From NCBI GenBank assembly GCA_044350895.1, contig JBILGT010000002.1:36554-100553 (forward strand): a stretch of DNA of 64,000 nucleotides, in the 5' to 3' direction. Made by a program: the position numbers and the translations under genes. This DNA comes from Limisphaerales bacterium (lineage in GTDB: Bacteria > Patescibacteriota > Microgenomatia > UBA1400 > PJMF01). Shown piece by piece: positions 55,374 through 64,000 of this stretch; the first letter of the stretch is position 1; each line of letters starts with the position of its first letter. The notes under the pieces were generated by a model that did not search any database, was not told where the DNA came from, and saw only the letters and a program-made list of their open reading frames with translations.

Positions 55374-57212
55374 TTATATACCTTTGAGGTATTTCGCAGA
55401 CCAAGGTCTGTAGTTGGATTTATATTCTTCTTCACGAATTACTTTTCCATTTTTATCTTTAACTATATTTTTGAAGCTTGCTTGTATTCCTGCTGCTGCC
55501 CAGTCTACTTGTACTGTTTTACCAGGAGGGAGACTTGGATCGGGAATATATACTGGGGGTGGGGCAGCCTGGAAATTCCATGTTTTATGATCTACGATTT
55601 CTGCGGTTCTGCCATCAGAAGTTCCGTATAGTTCAAAGAACATATAGAGGTTTTTACTGTCAGCCTCTCCATATACTAAAATATGATGTCCTGTATCATT
55701 TTTAAATCTGAAGTCGGTCTCCCCTGAATATACGGTGGCATCAATTCCTGGCTTGCGATCTAGCTCGTAGTAACTTACGCGGTAACTATGTGGCAGTCTT
55801 CTCGTCACTGGTAGTCCAGCATTTAATACTGATCTAAATAGTGTTGTACTAACCTGACACACGCCGCCGCCATCTCCTAGAACTGTTCTGTTTCCTTGAA
55901 TAACGTAGGCAGATTTAAAGCCAGTTGCTCCAGAGACCTCTCCGAGATGTTTGTTAAAGGAGTACTCTTCGCCAGGTTTGATAATGTCGAGAGAAATTCG
56001 TGATGCTGCCAATCCAACATTGTGAACGCGATTGGGAATGCTATGCGCGTAATAACTTTCTCCAAACCCAATCCGCTCGGCTACTCCAATATCATTGGTT
56101 TGTGAGAGTGACTTCTTGGGCGGTAGCTCAGCTAAAATTAATTTCTTTTCAAATTCAAGTTTCTTGTCATCAGTATTAGTAGTAATTTCGTTCAAAATAG
56201 CAGTGAGTTCTTTAAGGTTCTCAGCTCTGTTGAGTGTCAGTCCATTTTTTGGCGGAATAAATTTTTTGACAGTACTGGTTGCAGCATCATACTCAAATAC
56301 TGGTTCCTGTGGGGGGCGGTTCACTTGTTTCTCCCAAGTTTCAAAGAGTATCGTTGTTTGTTTTTGATTGATTCCTGTAGGCAGTGCTAAAAGACTGACC
56401 AGTTGCTTATCTGAAAGGGTAAGTGGAACGCCTTCTTTGGTAAATTTGACTGTTTTGCCTACAAATTTTTTACCACGCTCAAGACTAGGGTCAACCTGGT
56501 CTGCCGTAAGCACTGCACCGACACTAGCCACGGGTGCTGAAAGCTCAAATACACCGCTTTGGATGTTTTCCAATAGTTTTTCTTTTGTCTTATCAACGTC
56601 AACGGCTCGTCCAATTTCTCCGGTGTCAACAGTCAAAGATGCGGTTGCACCGCTTGTTTTTAAAATGAGCGCAGGTTCAATAGGAGGAACAGCAACTTTA
56701 TCTTGAAGATTCGATATAAATGTCTCCAATTTTTCAGGACGGTATGAAATACGTAGTGAGATGTGTTGTGGTGTAAAGTATCGACGTAACACCGTGTAGA
56801 CGCGCCAGTGAAGCTGAGTTGTTTCTGGTATTTTAACCAATGTATTGACTGCTTCAGCAGTTTCATAATTGGCACCCAAGTTTGTTGAGCTAGTTGCTAC
56901 CAAAATATCGTCTACTCGAAGTGTTACTGTGTGAGCTGGAGGAGTGGTGAACTGCTCAGTCAGGATCTTTTTCGCCTCTGAAACTTCAACATTCCCAAGT
57001 GGTACGCCTTCTATAGTAGTAACTAGTGGAAGATGCGATTTGGCATTAAAGTAAACTAGTAGTAAAATACCGCTGATGATGCAGCTAAAACCAGCAAAAG
57101 CTAAGCCAATTGTTGTTGCTTTTGCAGTTTTGGTAGAAAGAATAGTAAAATAAGGTTTGTATTCCGACATACATGCTCTGCTTGTGTTATCATGTAGTAA
57201 GACTACTAACAC
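55374..57212 (-). CDS. VanW-family protein with N-terminal membrane anchor
   Basis: 'GEEYSFNKHLGEVSGATGFKSAYVIQGNRTVLGDGGGVCQVSTTLFRSVLNAGLPVTRRLPHSYRVSYY' is VanW-domain-like. Confidence 0.65.
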   Translation of the reverse strand: MLVVLLHDNTSRACMSEYKPYFTILSTKTAKATTIGLAFAGFSCIISGILLLVYFNAKSHLPLVTTIEGVPLGNVEVSEAKKILTEQFTTPPAHTVTLRVDDILVATSSTNLGANYETAEAVNTLVKIPETTQLHWRVYTVLRRYFTPQHISLRISYRPEKLETFISNLQDKVAVPPIEPALILKTSGATASLTVDTGEIGRAVDVDKTKEKLLENIQSGVFELSAPVASVGAVLTADQVDPSLERGKKFVGKTVKFTKEGVPLTLSDKQLVSLLALPTGINQKQTTILFETWEKQVNRPPQEPVFEYDAATSTVKKFIPPKNGLTLNRAENLKELTAILNEITTNTDDKKLEFEKKLILAELPPKKSLSQTNDIGVAERIGFGESYYAHSIPNRVHNVGLAASRISLDIIKPGEEYSFNKHLGEVSGATGFKSAYVIQGNRTVLGDGGGVCQVSTTLFRSVLNAGLPVTRRLPHSYRVSYYELDRKPGIDATVYSGETDFRFKNDTGHHILVYGEADSKNLYMFFELYGTSDGRTAEIVDHKTWNFQAAPPPVYIPDPSLPPGKTVQVDWAAAGIQASFKNIVKDKNGKVIREEEYKSNYRPWSAKYLKGI

Positions 57213-57230
57213 AAATAGCGTTGTTTACTA

Positions 57231-59336
57231 TTGTGTCAGAATACCCCGTATCATACCAGCAGTAGTCACCGTATGCCCGCTCCATTACCGAAACCTGCCA
57301 CACCACCAGCTCCTAAACCAGTTGCTCCTGCAAACATGGCACCTCCTGCAATACCTCCACAGCAACCACCACAAGTTTCTGGTGTAAAAAATGTGAGTCC
57401 TACTAGTCCTGTTGCAGGCCGTACTTCAATTCCTCCTGCTCGACCAGTTGTTCAACAGCCACCAGCTGTGGTAAAACCACCTCAGCCAGCTGCTCCTGTT
57501 GTCACTCAACCCACTACTGTTCCAACTCCAGTTGCACCTTCAATGCAATCTCAAGCTCAGAAGCAAGTTTTTCCCACAAACATGGCCCCTCCAGCTATAC
57601 CACAACAACAATCACCACAGATTTTGGCACAACGTCCACCAGCTGCACCTGGAACTATTCCTACTCCAGCTGGATCACGACTGCCAGTACGACCAGTTGC
57701 TCCTGGAGCGCCCCAGCAACCAGTGAGAATTCAACAGCCACCGCAAACATTAACAGCACTTTCTTCAATGGCAAGTAATCGCCTCCCAACTGGTGCAGGT
57801 ACTCAAGGACCAACTACTCCTCAGACACCACCACCAAGTAAAGGAGGAACAAAAGCTACTCCCGAAATGCCACAGAAACCTACTGTGACCGCAACGCCAC
57901 AAGCTCCCAAATCTCCTCAATTTGTTGAAACTAAAAAATCACCACTCAGATTTTTGCCAATAATTGGTGGTGTGATTCTCTTACTCTTTATCTTGGGCTT
58001 TGTTGCATTTAGATATCTCGGATTAGGTGGTAGTTCAACCTCAAGTGTTAGTAATTCTGGTACAACCCCAACTGGAGGTCAAACAGGCGGTGTTTCTGGT
58101 GGAACAACTTCAGGAACATCTGGACAAGCCGCACAACCTACAACTAAGAAAGTGACATTAGAATATTGGGGTTTGTGGGAACCATCTGAAACTATGGACT
58201 CTATTATTAAGGATTACGAGACAGCAAATCCTGGTACTACTATTAAATACAATAAACAGTCACATAAAGACTACAGAACTAGATTGCAAAATGCTTTGAC
58301 TTCAGAAAATGGTCCCGATATCTTCAGATTCCATGCTTCATGGGTGCCTATGCTGAAGCAGAATTTGGCTCCACTGCCATCCTCAGTTATGTCGGCCAAT
58401 GAATATCAATCCACCTTCTATCCTGTGGCGGTCAGTCAGCTTCAAGTGAATGGTCAACTTGTAGGTATTCCACTTATGTATGATGGAATTGTTCTGTTTT
58501 ATAACACCGATGTATTCCAAACAGCAGTGCTTGAACCACCAAAAACTTGGTCGGATTTACGTAACGCAGCAACAAAGCTTACGGTAAAAGAGGGAAGTAC
58601 TATCAAGAGAGCGGGTGTTGCTCTGGGTAATACTTCAAATGTTGAGCACTTTTCAGATGTACTTGCGGTATTGATGCTCCAAAACGGGGCAGACTTAACC
58701 AAGCCGAACTCTGCTGAAGTTCGCGATGCACTATTGTTCTATACCAACTTTATTAAAACAGATGATGTCTGGGATCCCGCACTGCCTACATCAACAGTTG
58801 CTTTTGCACGAGGTGATGTCGCGATGATGTTCGCTCCTTCCTGGAGAGCTCACGAAATTAAGTTAATGAATCCAAATCTTAAGTTTTCTACAGCGCCACT
58901 TCCACAGCTTTCTGATAAACGTGTAGCTTGGGGAACGTATTGGGCAGAAGGTGTGAACCCTAAGAGTAGTAACAAAGATGAGTCCTGGAAGTTTACAAAA
59001 TATTTAAGTTCCAAAGACGTACAGCAGAAACTATTTGCTTCACAATCTCAGACTCGTACGTTTGGAGAGCTGTATTCACGTCGTGATTTGGCAGATGTTA
59101 TGGCAAAAGATCCCCTGCTGAGTGCATTTGCTCAAGATGCACCATATGCACAGAGTTGGTATCTAAATTCATATACCCATGATGCTGGTGTAAATGATCA
59201 GTTAATTCAATACTACAGAGATGCAATTAACAGTCTCCTTGAAGGCAAACAGATGGAAGATGTTCAAAAAACACTTGATCAAGGTGTGTCTCAAGTTATT
59301 CGCCAATACGGCATTACTGCACAGCCCGCCAAGTAG
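57231..59336 (+). CDS. membrane-anchored ABC-transporter substrate-binding protein (family 1, sugar-type) with long Pro-rich repetitive N-terminal region
   Basis: ~230-aa P/A/Q-rich region containing a repeat (NMAPPAIPPQQPPQ / NMAPPAIPQQQSPQ), TM 'LPIIGGVILLLFILGFVAF', then 'KKVTLEYWGLWEP...'. The SBP fold runs to the C-terminus. Confidence 0.6.
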   Translation: MCQNTPYHTSSSHRMPAPLPKPATPPAPKPVAPANMAPPAIPPQQPPQVSGVKNVSPTSPVAGRTSIPPARPVVQQPPAVVKPPQPAAPVVTQPTTVPTPVAPSMQSQAQKQVFPTNMAPPAIPQQQSPQILAQRPPAAPGTIPTPAGSRLPVRPVAPGAPQQPVRIQQPPQTLTALSSMASNRLPTGAGTQGPTTPQTPPPSKGGTKATPEMPQKPTVTATPQAPKSPQFVETKKSPLRFLPIIGGVILLLFILGFVAFRYLGLGGSSTSSVSNSGTTPTGGQTGGVSGGTTSGTSGQAAQPTTKKVTLEYWGLWEPSETMDSIIKDYETANPGTTIKYNKQSHKDYRTRLQNALTSENGPDIFRFHASWVPMLKQNLAPLPSSVMSANEYQSTFYPVAVSQLQVNGQLVGIPLMYDGIVLFYNTDVFQTAVLEPPKTWSDLRNAATKLTVKEGSTIKRAGVALGNTSNVEHFSDVLAVLMLQNGADLTKPNSAEVRDALLFYTNFIKTDDVWDPALPTSTVAFARGDVAMMFAPSWRAHEIKLMNPNLKFSTAPLPQLSDKRVAWGTYWAEGVNPKSSNKDESWKFTKYLSSKDVQQKLFASQSQTRTFGELYSRRDLADVMAKDPLLSAFAQDAPYAQSWYLNSYTHDAGVNDQLIQYYRDAINSLLEGKQMEDVQKTLDQGVSQVIRQYGITAQPAK

Positions 59337-59389
59337 CATGCCACTTTTCCCAAAGCGAGATGCTCGTGTTCTGAGTATAATCCAGCTAC

Positions 59390-60265
59390 ATGAAATCACT
59401 TGAATATAGACTATTCCTGACGCTCGCCTATACAGCGCAATTCTCATACCCACTTTCCGCAGTGCAACTATTTAAACGTTGTGTTGGTAAGAAGCAAATA
59501 ACAGTGTCTGAATTTATAGCAACACTTGAGCACATGATTGATGCCCAACGAATTAGATACTCAAATGGTTACTTTTTCCTACCTGGAAATGAACATCACA
59601 TTCAGATTCGCGAGCGACGAATGTTGGCATCCCAAAAAAAATATGGGGAATTAAAAATTCTGCTAAAGTTTTTACAAAAAATCCCCTGGGTGATTGGAGT
59701 GGCAATCACTGGTTCAGCCGCTATGCAAAATGCTGAGTCTGAAGATGATATCGATATTTTGCTCGTGACGATGAATAATCGGTTGTGGTTGGTACGACCG
59801 CTTGTGATCTTTTTTGCTTTTTTGCAAGGAAAGCGAAGAACCTGGTCAAGTGAAGAAGAGAATAGCTGGTGTTTTAATTTGTGGTTAGAACCTCGCACCC
59901 TTGCGCAACCAAAGCCAAGTCACTCGTTGTATGTGGCATATGAAGTTTGCCAGACTGACTGGGTACTTAATAGATCCCACACAAAAGAGATTTTCTTTGC
60001 AATAAACAGCTGGGTACAACACTACTTGCCGCAATATTATCCAAAACCTTCAATCATTTCAATTCCGCAACAGCACCCAACGGTTACCTTGTTCTCAGTA
60101 TTACTCACAATACTTAACTACATTGCCTATGGGGTACAGCGAGTGTATATGCATGCTCATATGACTCGTGAGCGAGTCTCACTTGGGGCTGCGTTTTTTC
60201 ACCCTCGAGACACTCAGTCGATGATTTCTCGAGGTATGCGTGATATAGTTGGTAAACTCACATAA
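59390..60265 (+). CDS. nucleotidyltransferase-fold (Pol-beta superfamily) protein
   Basis: 'VIGVAITGSAAMQNAESEDDIDILLV' matches the GS-x(9-13)-DxD motif. Confidence 0.4.
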   Translation: MKSLEYRLFLTLAYTAQFSYPLSAVQLFKRCVGKKQITVSEFIATLEHMIDAQRIRYSNGYFFLPGNEHHIQIRERRMLASQKKYGELKILLKFLQKIPWVIGVAITGSAAMQNAESEDDIDILLVTMNNRLWLVRPLVIFFAFLQGKRRTWSSEEENSWCFNLWLEPRTLAQPKPSHSLYVAYEVCQTDWVLNRSHTKEIFFAINSWVQHYLPQYYPKPSIISIPQQHPTVTLFSVLLTILNYIAYGVQRVYMHAHMTRERVSLGAAFFHPRDTQSMISRGMRDIVGKLT

Positions 60266-60283
60266 TTACTCTCAGGAAATTGC

Positions 60284-60724
60284 ATGCCCAAAGATATAGT
60301 TTTAGCGACAGGTGTTTTTGATATCTTGCATGACGAACATCGTAGCTTTTTGCGAAAAGCAAAAGCCTTGGGAGGAAAACTGATAGTTGGTATTGAATCT
60401 GATGTTCGCGTTCGACAACTGAAAGGGCCAACTCGTCCCATTCATCCACAATCACTTAGAAAAGAAAATCTAGAAAAACTTGGCTTCATTGATGAAGTTT
60501 TTGTGCTACCCGATGCATTTAGTGAAAAAGAGCAGCATCGAGCATTACTAGCAACAATTCATCCTACGATTTTAGCTGTTTCTGAAAACACACCATTTAT
60601 TGAGTCCAAGCAACAGTTGATGCAAGAAATTGGTGGTAGAGTAGTGATAGTACATAAACACAACCCTGCTATTTCAACATCAAAAATACTAGCAGAACAT
60701 GCTGCTCAAAATACAGCTCCATAA
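60284..60724 (+). CDS. cytidylyltransferase-fold nucleotidyltransferase, RibL-like (archaeal-type FAD synthase candidate)
   Basis: 'IVLATGVFDILHDEHRSFLRKAKALGGKLIVGIESDVRVRQLKGPTRPIHPQSLRKENLEKLGFIDEV' resembles RibL/GCT-family proteins (TGTFDILHPGH...). The H.GH motif is here HDEH. Confidence 0.5.
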   Translation: MPKDIVLATGVFDILHDEHRSFLRKAKALGGKLIVGIESDVRVRQLKGPTRPIHPQSLRKENLEKLGFIDEVFVLPDAFSEKEQHRALLATIHPTILAVSENTPFIESKQQLMQEIGGRVVIVHKHNPAISTSKILAEHAAQNTAP

Positions 60725-60727
60725 TCT

Positions 60728-62110
60728 ATGGCAAAAACAAAAACACAATACGTCTGTCAAAACTGTGGTCAGTCATATCCTCGCTGGACTGGTCAGTGTC
60801 CCAGCTGTAGCCAATGGAACACGTTGGTTGAGGAAGTAGTCGAATCCAAAAAAGCTGGCCTTCGTCCTGTCGCAACACCCGCTGTGGGTATGACTTTTAC
60901 TCAAGTCGACCGCGTAAAAGACGTAAAATCACGGTTTCCCACCGGCATTGGAGAGTTAGACCGTGTTTTGGGCGGAGAAAAAGAGAAGTTGGGAATGGTG
61001 GCTGGTGCTGTGATGCTGATTGGTGGAGAACCAGGAATTGGAAAATCAACACTCCTCACACAAGTTGTGTTGGAGCGATTGCTCACAACTGCAAAAGATG
61101 CTCACATTCAGCCAATTATCTATGTTTGTGGCGAGGAAAGCCCAAGTCAAATAACGCTACGTATCAATAGAATACTTGAACAAGAAACAAAAAAATTTGG
61201 CAACAGAAATATCCTTGATAATCTTATTTTTATCCCTAATACCGACGTTGACCAGGTGGTTGCTGCTTTAGAAACAGCCAAGCCGCAACTGGCTATCATC
61301 GACAGTATTCAGACAATGACAACACAAGACTTGACTGGAGTTTCAGGAAGTGTCGGACAAGTTCGTGAATCAACGGAGCGCTTAACACATGCTGCGAAGC
61401 GCGGTAACTTTCCATTGTTCTTAGTGGGGCATGTTACCAAAGAGGGGGAGCTTGCAGGGCCAAAGGTGCTTGAACACATTGTTGATGCAGTTTTAGAATT
61501 AAGTGGCGAAAGAACAAACGATTTGAGAATAGTAAGAGCTATTAAAAACCGCTTTGGTGCAACCGATGAAGTGGGTGTGCTGCAACTTGGGGAGTCCGGT
61601 TTTATTTCTGTTGCCAACCCAAGTAGTTTATTCCTTGAACATCAAACACAACCCGTTGCAGGTTCAGCCACAGTCTGTGTTTTAGAAGGAACAAGGCCAC
61701 TATTACTTGAGGTACAAGCGCTTGCTGTTCGTTCACAACTGGCAATGCCACGTCGTGTAGGTAGAGGAGTAGAACTTACCCGCATCCAAGTTATTTCCGC
61801 AATATTACAGAAATATTGCCGCATGCCTTTGGATGGCTATGATTTGTTCATTAACCTAGCTGGGGGATTCAGCACAAAAGAGCCGGGTCTAGACCTTGGT
61901 ATGGCGCTGGCAATAGCAAGCTCACTTAAAAATAAGTCGTTACCACCTCAGACAGTCTGCATTGGTGAAGTGGGTCTACTCGGGGAAATACGGCAGGTTA
62001 ATCTCTTAGATAGGCGGATAAAAGAGAGTAATAGGCTTGGATTTAATACTGTTATATCAAAGAATACGCACAAAACGATACAACAAATTATTCAACAGTT
62101 CGGGTTGTAG
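60728..62110 (+). CDS. radA: DNA repair protein RadA/Sms
   Basis: N-terminal C4 zinc ribbon (CQNCGQSYPRWTGQCPSCSQWN), 'GIGELDRVLGGE', Walker A 'GGEPGIGKST', Lon-like C-terminal domain. Confidence 0.9.
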   Translation: MAKTKTQYVCQNCGQSYPRWTGQCPSCSQWNTLVEEVVESKKAGLRPVATPAVGMTFTQVDRVKDVKSRFPTGIGELDRVLGGEKEKLGMVAGAVMLIGGEPGIGKSTLLTQVVLERLLTTAKDAHIQPIIYVCGEESPSQITLRINRILEQETKKFGNRNILDNLIFIPNTDVDQVVAALETAKPQLAIIDSIQTMTTQDLTGVSGSVGQVRESTERLTHAAKRGNFPLFLVGHVTKEGELAGPKVLEHIVDAVLELSGERTNDLRIVRAIKNRFGATDEVGVLQLGESGFISVANPSSLFLEHQTQPVAGSATVCVLEGTRPLLLEVQALAVRSQLAMPRRVGRGVELTRIQVISAILQKYCRMPLDGYDLFINLAGGFSTKEPGLDLGMALAIASSLKNKSLPPQTVCIGEVGLLGEIRQVNLLDRRIKESNRLGFNTVISKNTHKTIQQIIQQFGL

Positions 62111-62203
62111 TCACCTTAAAATTATTGGATTGAATGCGGCAATAATCGCCAAAAATCTCAATACGAATGAAACACGAACGTTTAATTATCTCTTTGGAGG
62201 AGT

Positions 62204-63898
62204 TTATTTTTTGGAACGAGCGTAGCGCTCACTACTGGCTTTGACGACTTTATCTTTATTCATATTGCTACTCTTAGCGAGTGGCAATGTCTCAGCCGGG
62301 AAGGGATCACAAATTTGATTATCGATAGAAAGTTTGCTGATAATTTGATGACGGTTGAGTGAAACCAAGTCGTCAGGAGTGAACTGGCTGCCAAATTCTT
62401 TACTAAATACATTAGAATCTTCTGCGCCAAGAACAAAACTCAAAATACTTCCGCAGTTGCCAAAGATTGCTTTCTGCACATCTTCAGGAATCTGGGCAAT
62501 ATATTGGTTGGCAAGAATAAGATTGAGTCGATATTTTCGAGCTTCAGAAAGAATTTTGCTAAATGATTCTGTAGCAAAGTTTTGGAACTCATCGACATAT
62601 AAATAGAAGTCTCGGCGTTGCTCTTCAGGGGTATTAACCCGAGCCATTGCCGCCAACTGAATTTTTGTAATTAACATTGCACCAAGCAGTGTGGCATTAT
62701 CTTCACCGAGTTTTCCTTGCGAAAGGTTAACAAGAATAATCTTTCCTTGATCCATAGCTTCTTCAATACTGAATGAACTTTTTCGAGCATTAACAACATC
62801 TCGAACGAGTGGAGAGGAAACAAACTGACCAACTTTATTTAAAATTGGAGCGATTGCTTCATTTCGTTGCTTTTCCTGCATTGGATCAAACTCATTGACC
62901 CAGAAATTTTTGAGAATTGGGTCATCTAGTTTTTCAACTATTTTTGAACGGAAGTTTGCATCAGTAAGCATGTCGACAATATCCGACATACGTGCAGTTT
63001 CACTTTTAAGTAATGTCAACAGCGCATTTCTTAAAATATATTCCAAGCGTGGTCCCCATGAATATGCATAGAGTTTCTTGAATACTGAAACGATTCCTGA
63101 AGCTATTAACTCTCGGTGGACGACGTTATTTCCCTCAAAAAGGTTGAGTTTGACGGTGCGCTCAGTGTCGCTGGGGTCAAAGTAAATTGTGTCGTTAATA
63201 CGATGAGAGGGAATGTAGTTTAAAAGAATATCAATCAAATCACCATGGGGATCAATAACACATAACCCCTCGTTGTTCTTTAAATCATTGATTGCCATGT
63301 TGGCAAGTAGCGTAGACTTACCGGTTCCTGTTTTTCCAATCACATACATGTGTCGGCGACGATCTTTTCGACTTAATCCATATACAGTGGGTTTGTTTTT
63401 GTAGAGTGCTCGAGCAAAAACATTAATCTCACGCTTTGCTTCAGGTGTCATATCGGCAGTGACAATAGGTAAGTCTTCAGGTGGTTCTCCCATCAATTTT
63501 TTACCCCACGCAATATTCATAATGCCAGCCAATGTCTGGTTGGGAAGGTGAAAGAGAGTGGCAAGTTCAAGTAAACTAAAATGTTGAGAACTCTTCAAAA
63601 AAGTCTCACGTTTCTTCATTGCTCGCAAAAAATGTTTGGGTAATATTCGTATTTTAGTGAGTTGAAGCGTATTGCTTTCACTATTGGTAAATGTTTGAAA
63701 TGAATGTCCAATTGTCTCAAGAAGCAGCTTGCTTCTTTCTGGAGAATCAGAACTGACTGCTAGTCTAATTATTCCAGCAAGTGATTGATGGGCTGTTTTT
63801 TTATCGATAAGTGATTGTTGTGGGTGGGGAGTTGTGCTCGTGCTAATTCCTGATTTCCATCGCTGATCTTCTTGCGAGACAGTATATTGCAATACCAC
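62204..63898 (-). CDS. soluble TraD/TrwB/VirD4-like P-loop ATPase (coupling-protein family)
   Basis: Walker A 'VIGKTGTGKST', 'GLCVIDPHGDLID' (compare TrwB '...IVDPNGDM'), Walker B/'YLYVDEFQNF'. No TM segments within the window; the N-terminus may extend beyond the window end. Confidence 0.5.
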   Translation of the reverse strand: MVLQYTVSQEDQRWKSGISTSTTPHPQQSLIDKKTAHQSLAGIIRLAVSSDSPERSKLLLETIGHSFQTFTNSESNTLQLTKIRILPKHFLRAMKKRETFLKSSQHFSLLELATLFHLPNQTLAGIMNIAWGKKLMGEPPEDLPIVTADMTPEAKREINVFARALYKNKPTVYGLSRKDRRRHMYVIGKTGTGKSTLLANMAINDLKNNEGLCVIDPHGDLIDILLNYIPSHRINDTIYFDPSDTERTVKLNLFEGNNVVHRELIASGIVSVFKKLYAYSWGPRLEYILRNALLTLLKSETARMSDIVDMLTDANFRSKIVEKLDDPILKNFWVNEFDPMQEKQRNEAIAPILNKVGQFVSSPLVRDVVNARKSSFSIEEAMDQGKIILVNLSQGKLGEDNATLLGAMLITKIQLAAMARVNTPEEQRRDFYLYVDEFQNFATESFSKILSEARKYRLNLILANQYIAQIPEDVQKAIFGNCGSILSFVLGAEDSNVFSKEFGSQFTPDDLVSLNRHQIISKLSIDNQICDPFPAETLPLAKSSNMNKDKVVKASSERYARSKK

Positions 63899-64000
63899 TT
63901 TGTCAAATTCACCAAGTTGAGAAAGCGTGGAGAGAAGTGGTAGTAATGCGTCAGTAGAACTAAAGTCAGCGTAGGTTTTAAGAGGAAAATAGTCTCGATT

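Noticed and set aside
1-64000. Search for tRNA, rRNA and CRISPR repeats
   Set aside because: No intergenic segment has cloverleaf-compatible length or the conserved GTTC..A / T-loop features, and no regularly spaced direct repeats were seen. The only repeats in the window are gene-internal, in the pilin paralogs and the Pro-rich region of the SBP gene.

Overview
This 64 kb window looks like the chromosome of a small-genome Gram-positive-like bacterium; Candidate Phyla Radiation (Patescibacteria) is my guess from gene content. Supporting hints are an isopentenyl phosphate kinase, a likely archaeal-type RibL-like FAD synthase, a shortened ValRS, and many small secreted membrane proteins.

The replication origin is in the window, with dnaA and dnaN (38152..41053), a weak DnaA-box/AT-rich oriC at 39676..39943, and the rpmH-rnpA-yidD-yidC-jag block. 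Other housekeeping genes are rnhA, rplY, valS, radA, uppS, and an SPFH protein.

The accessory content is dominated by a chromosomal type IV secretion-like locus (about 2.9 to 38 kb). It has a VirB4 ATPase (35985..38048), a VirB6-like polytopic protein, a giant secreted GH-A + SLT + 3D peptidoglycan/polysaccharide hydrolase, a 1613-aa membrane protein ending in an M23 peptidase, an uncharacterised 1560-aa coiled-coil protein, and at least 12 paralogous VirB2/TrbC-like two-helix pilin-domain proteins. Ten of the pilin paralogs sit in a tandem array (9607..14372) and two are fused to large extracellular head domains. An ECF-type sigma factor with a putative anti-sigma partner is divergent from the array. 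A soluble VirD4/TrwB-like ATPase lies at the window end.

A second unusual system lies at 50989..55346: two SipW-type signal peptidases, three TasA/camelysin-like proteins carrying SipW-cognate signal peptides, and a membrane-anchored TasA-like + FN3 protein. This is a candidate surface-fibre assembly system.

A compact isoprenoid operon encodes idi, a Nudix hydrolase, ipk and uppS. I found no tRNA, rRNA, CRISPR, transposase or integrase in the window. All assignments rest on motif recognition by eye in the supplied translations; no database search was run.
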